Part shown: positions 19,663 through 29,404 of the stretch, piece after piece
How positions within the stretch are numbered: the first letter of the stretch is position 1
Layout of the letters: the number at the start of each line of letters is the position of its first letter
Assembly: GCA_977020255.1 (NCBI GenBank)
Contig: CDROCS010002105.1
Coordinates: 496,001-560,000, forward strand
DNA length: 64,000 nucleotides
Direction: 5' to 3'
Origin: Obrimoposthia wandeli
Taxonomy: Eukaryota
Program-made: the position numbers and the translations under genes
Notes under the pieces: model-generated
The model's input: only the letters and a program-made list of their open reading frames with translations
Database searches by the model: none
Told to the model about the DNA's origin: nothing

Positions 19663-21510
19663 TTAGCGACCATACGTTGATACAATAAATTGCTCGAACT
19701 CATTGCACATGTCGTTATCAGAATGAGCATTGTTGGCGAGTTTGTTGGCACCATCAATGATATTAATGGTGGCATTTAAAGGCGCAATCTCAGCACGCGT
19801 TCTCGACTCAAGTGCTGATATTTTCTTCTGCTCGATTCCCCATGCTTGCTCAGACGATAAGTTACACTCATCGGCTAGATATTTTGCGTTAAAGCCTTCG
19901 CCAGTCAAGTTGACGATGGTGTCGTTATGATTAACGCTGTTGCCGCCATTCCAGTAATACTTCGCTAATAGCGGTCCAATTTCTGGATTATCCGTTAAGT
20001 AACCAAGCTTTTCTGTTAGGTAGGTTCTTGTTTGATAAACAGCCATATGAGCCAGTAAATAACCTTGGTAAGCACACGAGGCTTCGTCTGATAAAAGGTG
20101 CGGAATAGCCATTAACGGGCGTGGGCTTGCATCCAGACCTAGAATTTGCTTTTCCGTGTCTCTTGCTAGTTTTGTTACCGTTTCTGCATTCAGTTCTTCA
20201 TCACTGAGTTGGTATAATGCGCGCTCAAAATAGGGAACAACCAAGATACTTCTTTCGCCGTAAGCCATAAACGGCTGTTTGCTATCTATAATTGCTTTAA
20301 TTACCTTATCGGGTACGGCATTTCCTTCTGTGTCTAACGCATATTGCTTTAACCAATCAGCATCGCCTAACAAGCTGTCACAAAACATGGATTGTGTTTC
20401 AGCATAAGCCATAGACGTTGGTGCAAATTCTTGGGCAAAACACGGTGCATTCATTTTTACATTCGAGAAATGCGCAGCGTGTCCGCCTTCGTGGAACAAG
20501 GTATTGATACCGTCATAGCCACTGCCTACTTGGTCGGGCTTCGCGTTACTGGTGAAGTTCACTTTTGCCGATACCCAATTTTCTTGATCGTAGAACGAAG
20601 GTACAGGGCCATGGCAGAATCCGTTTTGATATTTACCTTTACGATCAAGAAGATCTAACGTTAATTCAGCACCAGAATAGTCAATATTTAAACGACCAAA
20701 CGATTCAACCCAACGACGTAACGACTGAGAAAACGGTACATATGGGTCTAAATCACGCATAGCATCGCCCGAAAACGAGTATACAAAGTTATGCCCTTGT
20801 ACCGATTGCGGACCAAGAGAATCGATTAAGTTGTTTACGCTATTTTGATGACTGTCTTTTGTTCTAGCTTCGAAATCATCAAGAATCGTAAATAATTCAG
20901 CGGTTGTCATCTGTTCTGTTTTAACAATGGAGTAATCAAAGAAGCTGTTATAGCCTAATGATTTGGCGAACTTGTTACGCAGTTTTACTAACGCTAAAAA
21001 TCCGTTCTGTAGTAACCATTGTTCTAAATCTAATAGCGCTTGATGCGATGATTGACGTACTTGTTCGTTGGCACTTGCACGAATATTCGATGACAATACA
21101 GGCAGCGATCCTTCTGCCTTCTTACCGTCTTCACCGATATACGTCATTACATACTGTTGTTTCTTTTCAAACAAAGTAGCTTCAAATTGAATGAGTTCAG
21201 CTTTAAGTTGCTGCGCTTCTTCAGATTCTAGAGCATGTACCTGAAAAGTCGCGAGCCATCCTTTCAGTCCAATTAGGGTTTGTGTTTTTTCATCTGACTC
21301 TTCAAGAGATTCCGCGACGTTGATCTGCGCTTGTACATCAGAAATTTGAGAAGAGGTGCTTAAAAAAGCATTCCATGCGGTTTCTGCTTTGGTCGAGCCA
21401 TCATGATCATCACTCATCCCCATGTAGGTATCCCAAAAGAAATCTTCTTTTGTTCGGTGAATAGACAAGTAACGTTCGTTTAGTGAGTTAAGGTAAGCAG
21501 TAGCTGTCAT
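19663..21510 (-). CDS. M3 family zinc metallopeptidase (oligopeptidase)
   Basis: RKGKYQNGFC, TLFHEGGHAAH (HEXXH), AETQSMF. Confidence 0.88.
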   Translation of the reverse strand: MTATAYLNSLNERYLSIHRTKEDFFWDTYMGMSDDHDGSTKAETAWNAFLSTSSQISDVQAQINVAESLEESDEKTQTLIGLKGWLATFQVHALESEEAQQLKAELIQFEATLFEKKQQYVMTYIGEDGKKAEGSLPVLSSNIRASANEQVRQSSHQALLDLEQWLLQNGFLALVKLRNKFAKSLGYNSFFDYSIVKTEQMTTAELFTILDDFEARTKDSHQNSVNNLIDSLGPQSVQGHNFVYSFSGDAMRDLDPYVPFSQSLRRWVESFGRLNIDYSGAELTLDLLDRKGKYQNGFCHGPVPSFYDQENWVSAKVNFTSNAKPDQVGSGYDGINTLFHEGGHAAHFSNVKMNAPCFAQEFAPTSMAYAETQSMFCDSLLGDADWLKQYALDTEGNAVPDKVIKAIIDSKQPFMAYGERSILVVPYFERALYQLSDEELNAETVTKLARDTEKQILGLDASPRPLMAIPHLLSDEASCAYQGYLLAHMAVYQTRTYLTEKLGYLTDNPEIGPLLAKYYWNGGNSVNHNDTIVNLTGEGFNAKYLADECNLSSEQAWGIEQKKISALESRTRAEIAPLNATINIIDGANKLANNAHSDNDMCNEFEQFIVSTYGR

Positions 21511-21733
21511 TATCGTCCCTATAAATGTAAGCACGTGATTAATTTGAAATATTATATGTCTATTTGATAATAATACATATGGTATTTTTTATGTGGTTCA
21601 CGTTTAAAAATAGTGAGTTATAGCATTCCTGCTGTAAACGATGATATACATATAAGAGTGAAAGAAAGGTGTTTGTTGCCTTTAATGGTATTGATTGTTT
21701 TACAGTCGCCAAAAAAATTTCAAGGAAGAGATC

Positions 21734-22264
21734 ATGTTTACAGTAACTATCGATAAAGACATTAAATTATGTTTGATACATCCGTCATTTGCACCTCGGT
21801 ATGTAGAATTAGCACAAGAAAATCATGAGTATTTGTCTCAATGGTTATCATGGCCGTACTGTTGTAAAACCGAAAGTGATTTCAATGCCTTTATTCAACA
21901 CTCTCTTCACCAATATGCCGATAACAAGTCAATGAATTGTGCGATTGAATATAAAGGCTCCATTGTTGGCAATATTAGCTTCAATACGATTAATCACGAT
22001 ATCAAAAAAGTTGAAATCGGTTATTGGCTAGCAGCGAACATGCAAGGAAAGGGCATTGTTACGCGGTCGTGCCAATACCTGATTGATTATGCTTTTTCTC
22101 ATTTGAACATGAACAAAGTCGAAATTTCAGCGGCAGTAGACAATGCTGCAAGCCGTGCGGTGTGCGAGCGTTTAGGCATGGAATTAGAAGGCATCATCAC
22201 GAATGCTGAGAAAGTGGGCGATCGTATCCTTACGCATGCAATTTACGGATTACACCGAAAATAG
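21734..22264 (+). CDS. GNAT acetyltransferase, RimJ/RimL family
   Basis: EIGYWL..QGKGIVT, N.ASRAVCERLGM..EG; ATG 21734 with AAGGAAG RBS. Confidence 0.9.
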   Translation: MFTVTIDKDIKLCLIHPSFAPRYVELAQENHEYLSQWLSWPYCCKTESDFNAFIQHSLHQYADNKSMNCAIEYKGSIVGNISFNTINHDIKKVEIGYWLAANMQGKGIVTRSCQYLIDYAFSHLNMNKVEISAAVDNAASRAVCERLGMELEGIITNAEKVGDRILTHAIYGLHRK

Positions 22265-22289
22265 TCAGTGTAAAACAACACTGACTATT
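22260..22289. terminator. Hairpin between convergent genes
   Basis: AATAGTCAGTGT-AAAACA-ACACTGACTATT, perfect 12-bp stem. Confidence 0.7.
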
Positions 22290-22316
22290 GAATATTCGCA
22301 CGCTTCTAGCTAATCA

Positions 22317-24677
22317 CTATTTTGTTGTTGAGGAGTGCCATTGAATGGTTTTACCGTTGCTTAATAATGCCAAAATCGTATCCGGTGGGATGTGTACTTT
22401 TTTGGGTATTGTTAGTGGCATAGCGCGCTCAGAGAAGTTGGCAATAATTTTGCTGCCATCACTAAAAGTGGTTTGCTGTAATAGCCCTTGTTTATCGAGC
22501 CATTTAAAACCCACCAGCGCTTTATCCCATAGCTGTGTGTGAATAGGAAGAAAGCCGCTTTGATAGTGTTTAAGTGCCTGTAAACGAAGTGAATTTATAG
22601 TGTTTGCTTCATCACGGCTTAAATGAACCATCGCCGGCGTATTGTAAAGCATAGCCATTAAGTCTCGTTCCATTTGTACATTGCTGAATTTTAGACTGTC
22701 ACTGTGCCAGTGATGGCTGTTAATCAGTTCATCATGAAATACTGTTTGATATAACGGTATTTTGTATTGCGGTGCAAACAATAGCGTTTTGTACGGTTCT
22801 TTTACTTGTGCCGATTGAAAGAAAAAAGCAGGCTTCTGATCAGGATACCAAGCCCCTAAATAATAGGGAGACTGACGATTACTCTTCATATCAGGATCAG
22901 TCCAACCAAAGCCCACCGTTTCCATACCATGTGCAAAGGCGATTCCCTGAGTGGTTAACGCATTGCCATCTTCCGATCCTAATAACACATGTTGATCTTT
23001 AGCGATCCACTGCATGCGAGCGTTAAATGCGGCGAGCATCTCTGCTTGAGTCATTCCACCGCTTGATGCGCTGTAGTCTTCACGCGCCATCGCTGTAGCA
23101 TCGACATCTAGAAATATACTGTTAAAGCGCCCGTAATTAATGACGTCTTTTATGCGGTTTTCTACGTAACCTCGGTCACAACGTGGGTTCAGATACACAC
23201 CATTGCCACGAAATCCTTTTTGCTGGTCGCCGTTGGCTTTTTCTATCGCACACTCTTCGCGCATTGCTTGTGGTAGTTGTGCTGTAAGCCAAGCGTCATT
23301 TACACCAGGAGCAATTGCAGTATTGTAGGAATCATAAACACCCACGAGGTACCCAGCTTTCTTGGCTTGCTCTACGACTTCAGGTTGATAAAACGCAGGC
23401 ATCCAATTATCTAAGCCAAGCCAAAGTTTCTTTAAACCAGCTTTTTGCAGGTTCGTGATCATATCTTTTGAAATAGCTTGTCCCCAGCGGGTGGGGGATA
23501 TCAAATAGCTCCTCGCCTGTATTGCTAGCCAAGCTTTACGTTGCTGAGCGGCTTGGTACTGTTCCTTAATACCGTTGTTACCCAGCTGATGTTCAAGGGC
23601 TGGCATAGTATTATTAATTGACTGGTTTATGCTCTCAACCAATAAACGTTTATGGTATTTACTAAGCCAATCTTGACCTTGATGAAGCGATTTGAGCTCT
23701 TTTATCGATTCTTTAGGCGGTGTAAATTGCGGTTGATTAAAGTACCAATCTTTTAGTCCCCACCAATCCAGAACATCTTCAACGGCAAGTACGTCACGAC
23801 CAAACAAATAAACATGACTCGCTCCAATTAATTTTTTCAATTCAGGGTTTTCAATACGTTTTGCTGAAAGGGGCTGAGCTTGCTGATGGTTAATACGCCA
23901 CTTTCGATATTCTTTTGCGCCTGCTAATGGTTCATCGCCCAGGGATATTTGTACACTAAAAGCTTGTGAGCGATTAAGAGGCGTGAAGTAATGCGCTGCT
24001 TGCATGTCTAATAAGGTATTACCTGTTTGCTTAGATGGGGTGAAATGCAGCGTGTTGTCAGTAGCTGTTATTAACTGGTAACTGACATATAGGCCATTTT
24101 GCTCAGTGGTCCAAAATGGCATTTTAAGATCTTGTGTAGTATTAGAGCCTGAATACTCTTCGCTTAAGTAGTTTATCCATGTTCTGTTATTGGTTGGAAT
24201 ACGCATGCCCTCGTTAAAAGGGATCAATAAGGTTTGCGTGGCTTGCTCTGCCAAATCAAACCACGTTAGCTTGATTGGCTTATTACGTTTTATAGCTGTT
24301 TTCTCGTTCACGGTAAACGCCAGATTCAAGCTTTCATTAAATGTTGCTGCTACTTCAATGTTACTGGGTTTAAGGAGCCAGCGAGCCTGATTGGCGCTGG
24401 ATTGCACAAGCTGAATTGCGTATTGTGGTCGATCGTTAATCGCGAGGGCGGCTTGGTTTATTGAGAGGTTTTGATTTTTTTTGTGCCAGCTAATTTGCAA
24501 ATTATCAGGATCGATAGAGATTTGCTCATTATTTTGGACAAGTTGTATATCTGTGCTGTGGGCAGAGAAACTGATAACACTTGTCAATAATGTTAATAAA
24601 AACGTTGGTTTTTTCATGGTGACTATTCCGTTTGGATTTGTGCTTATTACAAAGCAAATCCAAATCTGGTTTGTCAC
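22317..24677 (-). CDS. Secreted glycoside hydrolase, GH129/GH101-like
   Basis: Signal peptide MKKPTFLL..SAHS (ATG 24617); GVYDSYN; FLDVDA and GSEDG fit the GH101/GH129 Asp nucleophile and Glu acid/base pattern; QTTFSDGSKIIANFS. Confidence 0.7.
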   Translation of the reverse strand: MTNQIWICFVISTNPNGIVTMKKPTFLLTLLTSVISFSAHSTDIQLVQNNEQISIDPDNLQISWHKKNQNLSINQAALAINDRPQYAIQLVQSSANQARWLLKPSNIEVAATFNESLNLAFTVNEKTAIKRNKPIKLTWFDLAEQATQTLLIPFNEGMRIPTNNRTWINYLSEEYSGSNTTQDLKMPFWTTEQNGLYVSYQLITATDNTLHFTPSKQTGNTLLDMQAAHYFTPLNRSQAFSVQISLGDEPLAGAKEYRKWRINHQQAQPLSAKRIENPELKKLIGASHVYLFGRDVLAVEDVLDWWGLKDWYFNQPQFTPPKESIKELKSLHQGQDWLSKYHKRLLVESINQSINNTMPALEHQLGNNGIKEQYQAAQQRKAWLAIQARSYLISPTRWGQAISKDMITNLQKAGLKKLWLGLDNWMPAFYQPEVVEQAKKAGYLVGVYDSYNTAIAPGVNDAWLTAQLPQAMREECAIEKANGDQQKGFRGNGVYLNPRCDRGYVENRIKDVINYGRFNSIFLDVDATAMAREDYSASSGGMTQAEMLAAFNARMQWIAKDQHVLLGSEDGNALTTQGIAFAHGMETVGFGWTDPDMKSNRQSPYYLGAWYPDQKPAFFFQSAQVKEPYKTLLFAPQYKIPLYQTVFHDELINSHHWHSDSLKFSNVQMERDLMAMLYNTPAMVHLSRDEANTINSLRLQALKHYQSGFLPIHTQLWDKALVGFKWLDKQGLLQQTTFSDGSKIIANFSERAMPLTIPKKVHIPPDTILALLSNGKTIQWHSSTTK

Positions 24678-25591
24678 CTATATGTCTCTATTGTCGAAAT
24701 AGGTAGACTAAAACGCTGAACATATTCCACTTTTACTTCGCCTTGGTATTCAAATTGACTGACTACTGCACTTAGCCATGTCGCGTTGCTAGGAGTGGTT
24801 GCTGGGCGTTTTGCTGTATATCGTAAATTACTATCAGTTGCTGCTGATGTAATTGGCATAACCGGTGCTCTAGACGTTAGCTGCATTGGTATATGCTTAC
24901 CGAGCTGGTTGTATTGTTCATCAAACCATTGCCAATTCATCACAACTGGTGCACAAGATATTTTATTGGCTGGTGGCGTGACGACTAACGATTTTGATGC
25001 TCGACGTGTGCTTGAGTGAACCCATGTTGTATCAGTAAAGGAAGAAATAACCAATGGATAGCTAACACCATTAATTGAGAGTTGGTATATTCCTGCCTTT
25101 GGTGCGCTTAATAAATCGTTACTTTCAAATTCACTATATTCTTCGGTTGGCTGGGGAATATCAGCACTGACCAGTAACGTATTATTTTCGTCAAATAGAT
25201 CTAAAGTAAGAGGTTGCGTGACTTGCTCTGTTGATATTTTGATCTGATAACCCTGATTGTTCACACTATTTTTATTGATAAAAGAGACATCGATGTTGGC
25301 TGGTAAACTCACAGAGCTAATCAGCTGTTTTCCACATTGTGTTTTACTCAATACCGCGTCTTTGATCGGTTGCCAATAGTGCTCACTGATCTGATTTTGG
25401 CTCAAGCTGAGTTGAAGCTCTTGCCAAGCAAGCAGGGTTTGATCTGCAGATAAAGCTGAATAGCTCGATTGCAGTGGGGTATCAGCAAACCAGTTATCAG
25501 CTTTGGCCTGAGTGATTGGGCTAAATAGGCAGCTCAGAAGCAAGCTGCTCATCAATAGGTAATTTAAAAATAATGAAATCAGTTTATTCAT
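24674..25591 (-). CDS. DUF2861-like exported protein (VxrC-like)
   Basis: Signal peptide then WFADTPLQSSY..LAWQELQLSLSQ resembles DUF2861; ATGA overlap with regulator. Confidence 0.7.
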   Translation of the reverse strand: MNKLISLFLNYLLMSSLLLSCLFSPITQAKADNWFADTPLQSSYSALSADQTLLAWQELQLSLSQNQISEHYWQPIKDAVLSKTQCGKQLISSVSLPANIDVSFINKNSVNNQGYQIKISTEQVTQPLTLDLFDENNTLLVSADIPQPTEEYSEFESNDLLSAPKAGIYQLSINGVSYPLVISSFTDTTWVHSSTRRASKSLVVTPPANKISCAPVVMNWQWFDEQYNQLGKHIPMQLTSRAPVMPITSAATDSNLRYTAKRPATTPSNATWLSAVVSQFEYQGEVKVEYVQRFSLPISTIETYR

Positions 25592-26235
25592 GACGCTTTC
25601 ACCAAGCGATAGCCAACCCCGCGTAACGTTTCTATATGAATACTAGGTAATTTTTGACGGATGCGTAATACATGGTTATCTACGGTTCTGGTTGTTGGGA
25701 AGGCTTGATAGCCCCATATTTTATTCAGTAATTCTTCGCGATGAAAAACACGTCCTTGGTTTTGAATCAACATCAGTAGCAATTGAAACTCTTTAGGTTT
25801 TAGTTCGACTGCAGAGCCATTATCAGTTAACGCTCGATTTGATACATCAATCTCTATTTGTTGATAGCGAACAGAGCTATCACCCAGGGGGCGAAGTTGG
25901 GCACAAATACGTGCCAATAATTCCTGATGTGAAAAGGGCTTCACCATATAGTCTTTTGCACCCGCCATTAATCCTTCAATACGTTGTTCGACATCGATTT
26001 TTGCGGTAAGGATGATTACAGGTAGCGCCTTTAACGTAAGCCATTGTGGTAAATGTGTAATGCTGTCGCCTTCAGCTAGTTGACGATCAAGGATAACCAG
26101 ATCAGCACGATACCAGTGTGTCTCAATATTTTGGATATTAGTGAGCCATTTGCAGACAAAGCCTTGCTGTATAAGATATTCACTTAATCCTTCACCAAGT
26201 AGCTTATCGTCTTCAATTAATAAAATTTTGTTCAT
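25588..26235 (-). CDS. OmpR-family response regulator (VxrB/VbrR-like)
   Basis: ILLIEDD, VILDRQL, KPF, TTRTVDNHVLRIRQKL..IETLRGVGY; ATG 26235 overlaps the kinase stop. Confidence 0.9.
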   Translation of the reverse strand: MNKILLIEDDKLLGEGLSEYLIQQGFVCKWLTNIQNIETHWYRADLVILDRQLAEGDSITHLPQWLTLKALPVIILTAKIDVEQRIEGLMAGAKDYMVKPFSHQELLARICAQLRPLGDSSVRYQQIEIDVSNRALTDNGSAVELKPKEFQLLLMLIQNQGRVFHREELLNKIWGYQAFPTTRTVDNHVLRIRQKLPSIHIETLRGVGYRLVKAS

Positions 26236-27713
26236 AATGGTAATTCCAAAATACAACGTGTTGGCTTACGTTGGCAGATAAGCTTGCCACCCATTTGCTT
26301 CATAAGGCGAGAGACGATAACTAGACCGATCCCCATATTGGTTTGACTCATTGAAGGACTAACAAGTGTTAACCAACGTTGAATGATACTCGGGAATTCA
26401 CCCTGATCAGACACTTGAATTCGCAGTACTTGATCAACATGAATATCGATAACGACGTTACCTTTACCATGTTGCTGAGCATTTTTTATCAGGTTCTCGA
26501 TACAGATCCCAAGCCAATAGTAGGGTAGGTTTAATTCTCGATCTTCGTTCAATGTGTAATCCAGTGAATACTTGTCTAAATAATGATCTAACCAGTCAGA
26601 GAGATAAGCACTTTGATGTTGAAATTGCTCTTCAGGTTGAGAACTCAAATAGCCCTTACTGGTTTCTGCTAATTGAGCCAGCCGTTGATGGTCTGCCATT
26701 AAGCGCCATACCGTTTGTTGTGTGTTGTCACTTAACTCATCAAATTGATCGCGAAACATCTCTACGGTAAAGCCCAAACTGGTGATGGGTGTTCTTAGCT
26801 CATGTGTTAGAAGCTGGAGGATAAATTGTCGTTCTTTTGCATTCTGCCGCCGTTGGTAAATGTTACGTGTTATCAAAAATGCAATAGCTAAAGCTAAAAA
26901 ACCCAAAATCCAACGAGTTAGTTGAGGCGCTGGTGTCGCGACATTTAAACAAATGTTGCTGTACCGAAATGAACAAATTGCGGCTGTGTTGTCTGCTATC
27001 ACTAATTTCATCGAATGTGCAAGAGGTTGCCATTGATTAACGTCGATGGCTTTCCAACCCGAGTCACTGTTTAACCACAGTGTGTTCTGTTTGGTTATGT
27101 AAGCTCGATAACCAGATAACAAGGCATCTACCCCTTGAGGGGAGAGCTCATAAAGTAGAGCGTTCAATGGATGCGCTTGGTTAGAGAGCGTTAATTGCCC
27201 CCGATGCTGAGCTAAAAAATGATCACGATGTGGTTTATCAAGTGAAGCAAGGTAGCGGTCGGCATAGCTGCCGCCAGCAGGGTGAAGTAAGGCTTTACTT
27301 TCAAACCAACTACTTGCTAATGGCTTTTTTTTGCACAGTGCCAGTTCAAACTCGATTGCATCTTGTAGTTTAGTCTCTTTGAATTTTATGTCTTGAAGAC
27401 CTGTGCCTTGTGGATTGATCTTGGTGAATAAAGAATGATCTTGTTGGCACTGTTCACCTATTTGCCACAGCTGCTGTATTTCCTGCCAGTGGAATTGGCT
27501 GAAAATAGGGTACTGACTGCTGCTGAGAAGTAGTGATTTAGGGTAGAGGTTAATGTCGGCTTGGCTAATATTTTTTTGTGGTGAGAGTAAGCCAGCTCGC
27601 TGATAAAACTGTTGCCATAATGTTTGAAGATTCATTGCACTATCTTGAGCAACTGCTGGTGAAGCGTTAACACAAAAGACAACAAGTAAGCCTATAAGTT
27701 GAAAGCGATTCAT
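26232..27713 (-). CDS. DUF3404-domain sensor histidine kinase (VxrA/VbrK-like)
   Basis: Signal peptide, IEFELALC...LLHPAGGSYADRY, single TM, LTHELRTPI, ENLIKNA, degenerate G1 DQGEF, GIGLVIV. Confidence 0.82.
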   Translation of the reverse strand: MNRFQLIGLLVVFCVNASPAVAQDSAMNLQTLWQQFYQRAGLLSPQKNISQADINLYPKSLLLSSSQYPIFSQFHWQEIQQLWQIGEQCQQDHSLFTKINPQGTGLQDIKFKETKLQDAIEFELALCKKKPLASSWFESKALLHPAGGSYADRYLASLDKPHRDHFLAQHRGQLTLSNQAHPLNALLYELSPQGVDALLSGYRAYITKQNTLWLNSDSGWKAIDVNQWQPLAHSMKLVIADNTAAICSFRYSNICLNVATPAPQLTRWILGFLALAIAFLITRNIYQRRQNAKERQFILQLLTHELRTPITSLGFTVEMFRDQFDELSDNTQQTVWRLMADHQRLAQLAETSKGYLSSQPEEQFQHQSAYLSDWLDHYLDKYSLDYTLNEDRELNLPYYWLGICIENLIKNAQQHGKGNVVIDIHVDQVLRIQVSDQGEFPSIIQRWLTLVSPSMSQTNMGIGLVIVSRLMKQMGGKLICQRKPTRCILELPL

Positions 27714-28040
27714 AGTGTGAATTGTGCTATCCTTGTTTAATCTATTGATTTTTAGATGATATTATCTAATTGAAGTTGTGTTTTTTATATATTACACACA
27801 TATATACACACATTAAAAATACTGTATTTTACAATTATGATTGTTAATTAATTTTAAAGATACAAAAAAGATCCAAGAAAATGACGTTCAATGTCGATTG
27901 AAATAAGATAAATCACAGATCATAAACGAGTAGTTGGGGCTCAATTATTTGTGTCTTAGCGTTAATTTCAGAGCGCATTTTCACCAGAGCATTAACTGTG
28001 TAATTTTAGGTTGGGTGGTGTGATCCGCAGTAAGCGATAA

Positions 28041-28262
28041 TTTATCTATCGAGAAATTAACAACGTTGCCCAAAGCGGCTCTCGCATCGACTTGATCACC
28101 GTTGAAGCGAGGTTTAACGGAGAGGCGCCACTCGGGTTAAAAACAGGGTTGGTTAACCTAGATAAAATCCTAGCACCTAAAAACATCTTACCAGGTACAT
28201 TTGTGGCCATAGGAGCTCGGCCTAAGATGGGTAAAACTGCATTCACTCTAAAGATTGCCGAG
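28041..28262 (+). pseudogene. Phage-type DnaB helicase remnant with internal deletion
   Basis: In one frame after an upstream TAA: FIYREINNVAQSGSRIDLITV (DnaB N-domain-like) joined to GLKTGLVNLDKIL...GARPKMGKTAF (Walker A); cut off at 28262. Confidence 0.8.
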
Positions 28263-28317
28263 TCCCGCATGCAGGGTGTTGTGGGGGCTGAGGGTTAAAG
28301 ACCCTCGGCTACCCGAT
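28263..28317 (+). mobile_element. 3' end of a group II intron (class C type): 3' half of domain V plus domain VI
   Basis: CCCGCATGCAGGGTGTTGT then GGGGGCTGAGGG-TTAAAGA-CCCTCGGCT-A-CCCGAT; bulged A at -7 (28311); terminal AT. Confidence 0.75.
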
Positions 28318-28340
28318 GAATAAGTTTAAAACTAAGTGCA

Positions 28341-28724
28341 CTACAAAAACTGGGCTGGTCCATCTAAAAATAAAATACCAAATGGAGCTTGGATATAAGT
28401 GATGTATAAAAACTCAAAAAATCCTTGTGATGGAAAATCTACGTCAGAATTAGGATTAGCCATCTCATGAACCTCATAAACATCCATACCATCAACCATT
28501 CTTCCTAATTCCCCTACACCAATTTTTTGAAGGTTTGTAATGTGAGATTGATACTGTTCAATATTCAAAAATGAGATTTGGCTTACTAAGGAAGATTTAA
28601 CTGTATACCGGTCCTCAGCATCCCAATTAGTGTCCCAACAACTTATAAATGGCATTAAAAATAGATAAAAAACAATAATATATTGCATAAAACCCCATGT
28701 ATTGATAGTTAATAAAATGTGCAA
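28341..28724 (-). CDS. AT-rich orphan hypothetical protein
   Basis: 127-aa ORF, probable start MQYII (28688) with a hydrophobic N-terminus; no motif recognised. Confidence 0.45.
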   Translation of the reverse strand: MHILLTINTWGFMQYIIVFYLFLMPFISCWDTNWDAEDRYTVKSSLVSQISFLNIEQYQSHITNLQKIGVGELGRMVDGMDVYEVHEMANPNSDVDFPSQGFFEFLYITYIQAPFGILFLDGPAQFL

Positions 28725-29404
28725 TATGCAATATGCACTTATAATATTGTATTAAACGATCTAAGATCGTAGATATCAAAAATCTGTATCGCAAAATACT
28801 TATTACGTTAAATTGTCGGCTTAGTAGGGTAAAACACCACACTAAGCACTTTAACGCTTACTGACTGCCATTTTATCTCGTTATTTATGGTAAATAATAC
28901 AAAATGTGTCTGAAAAATTATCACTAATATCAGTTCAGATGATATTGATCATGCTTTCAATTCAGGTTCGGCATGATTTGATGGTTAACAACTTAAAATC
29001 ATAGCTTTAGTCATCTAGTTAAAAGCAAAAACAGCTTGGCTGTGTGAAGGCGATTAATGCGGGTTTTTGAGTCAGTCGCGGTTCCGACTCGCGATCTATA
29101 CCGAAAAGTTGGACGGTAGGGAGAGTGCGCTTCTATTGTTACGTTCCTGAAAAACATTTGGTGTCTATTTTTAGCCGCCAATTCAGTCGACCTCTTTCAT
29201 CGGCTGCGCGACACTTAATCCTTATTTGTTATACCTTTTTCAATGAAGCAATAGCCAAACTAATGTGTTTATTTTTTGCTAGGCCTGAGCGTTTAACTAA
29301 ACCAACTAAATTAGTTGAAATACTATTACTCGGTAACCCCGTTGCTAGATCCTTAAATTGTTTCTTGCTGGTAACTTGAAAGTCATACCCATTCTCATTT
29401 AAAA

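Noticed and set aside
28318-28345. attC remnant as the 3' exon of the group II intron
   Set aside because: The exon begins GAATAAG and no RYYYAAC box is present, so attC targeting by this intron is not demonstrated.
29070-29098. GAGTC…GACTC / GTCGCG…CGCGAT dyad as an IS end or dif-like site
   Set aside because: Arms are short and imperfect, with no match to XerC/D or any IS terminus I can support.
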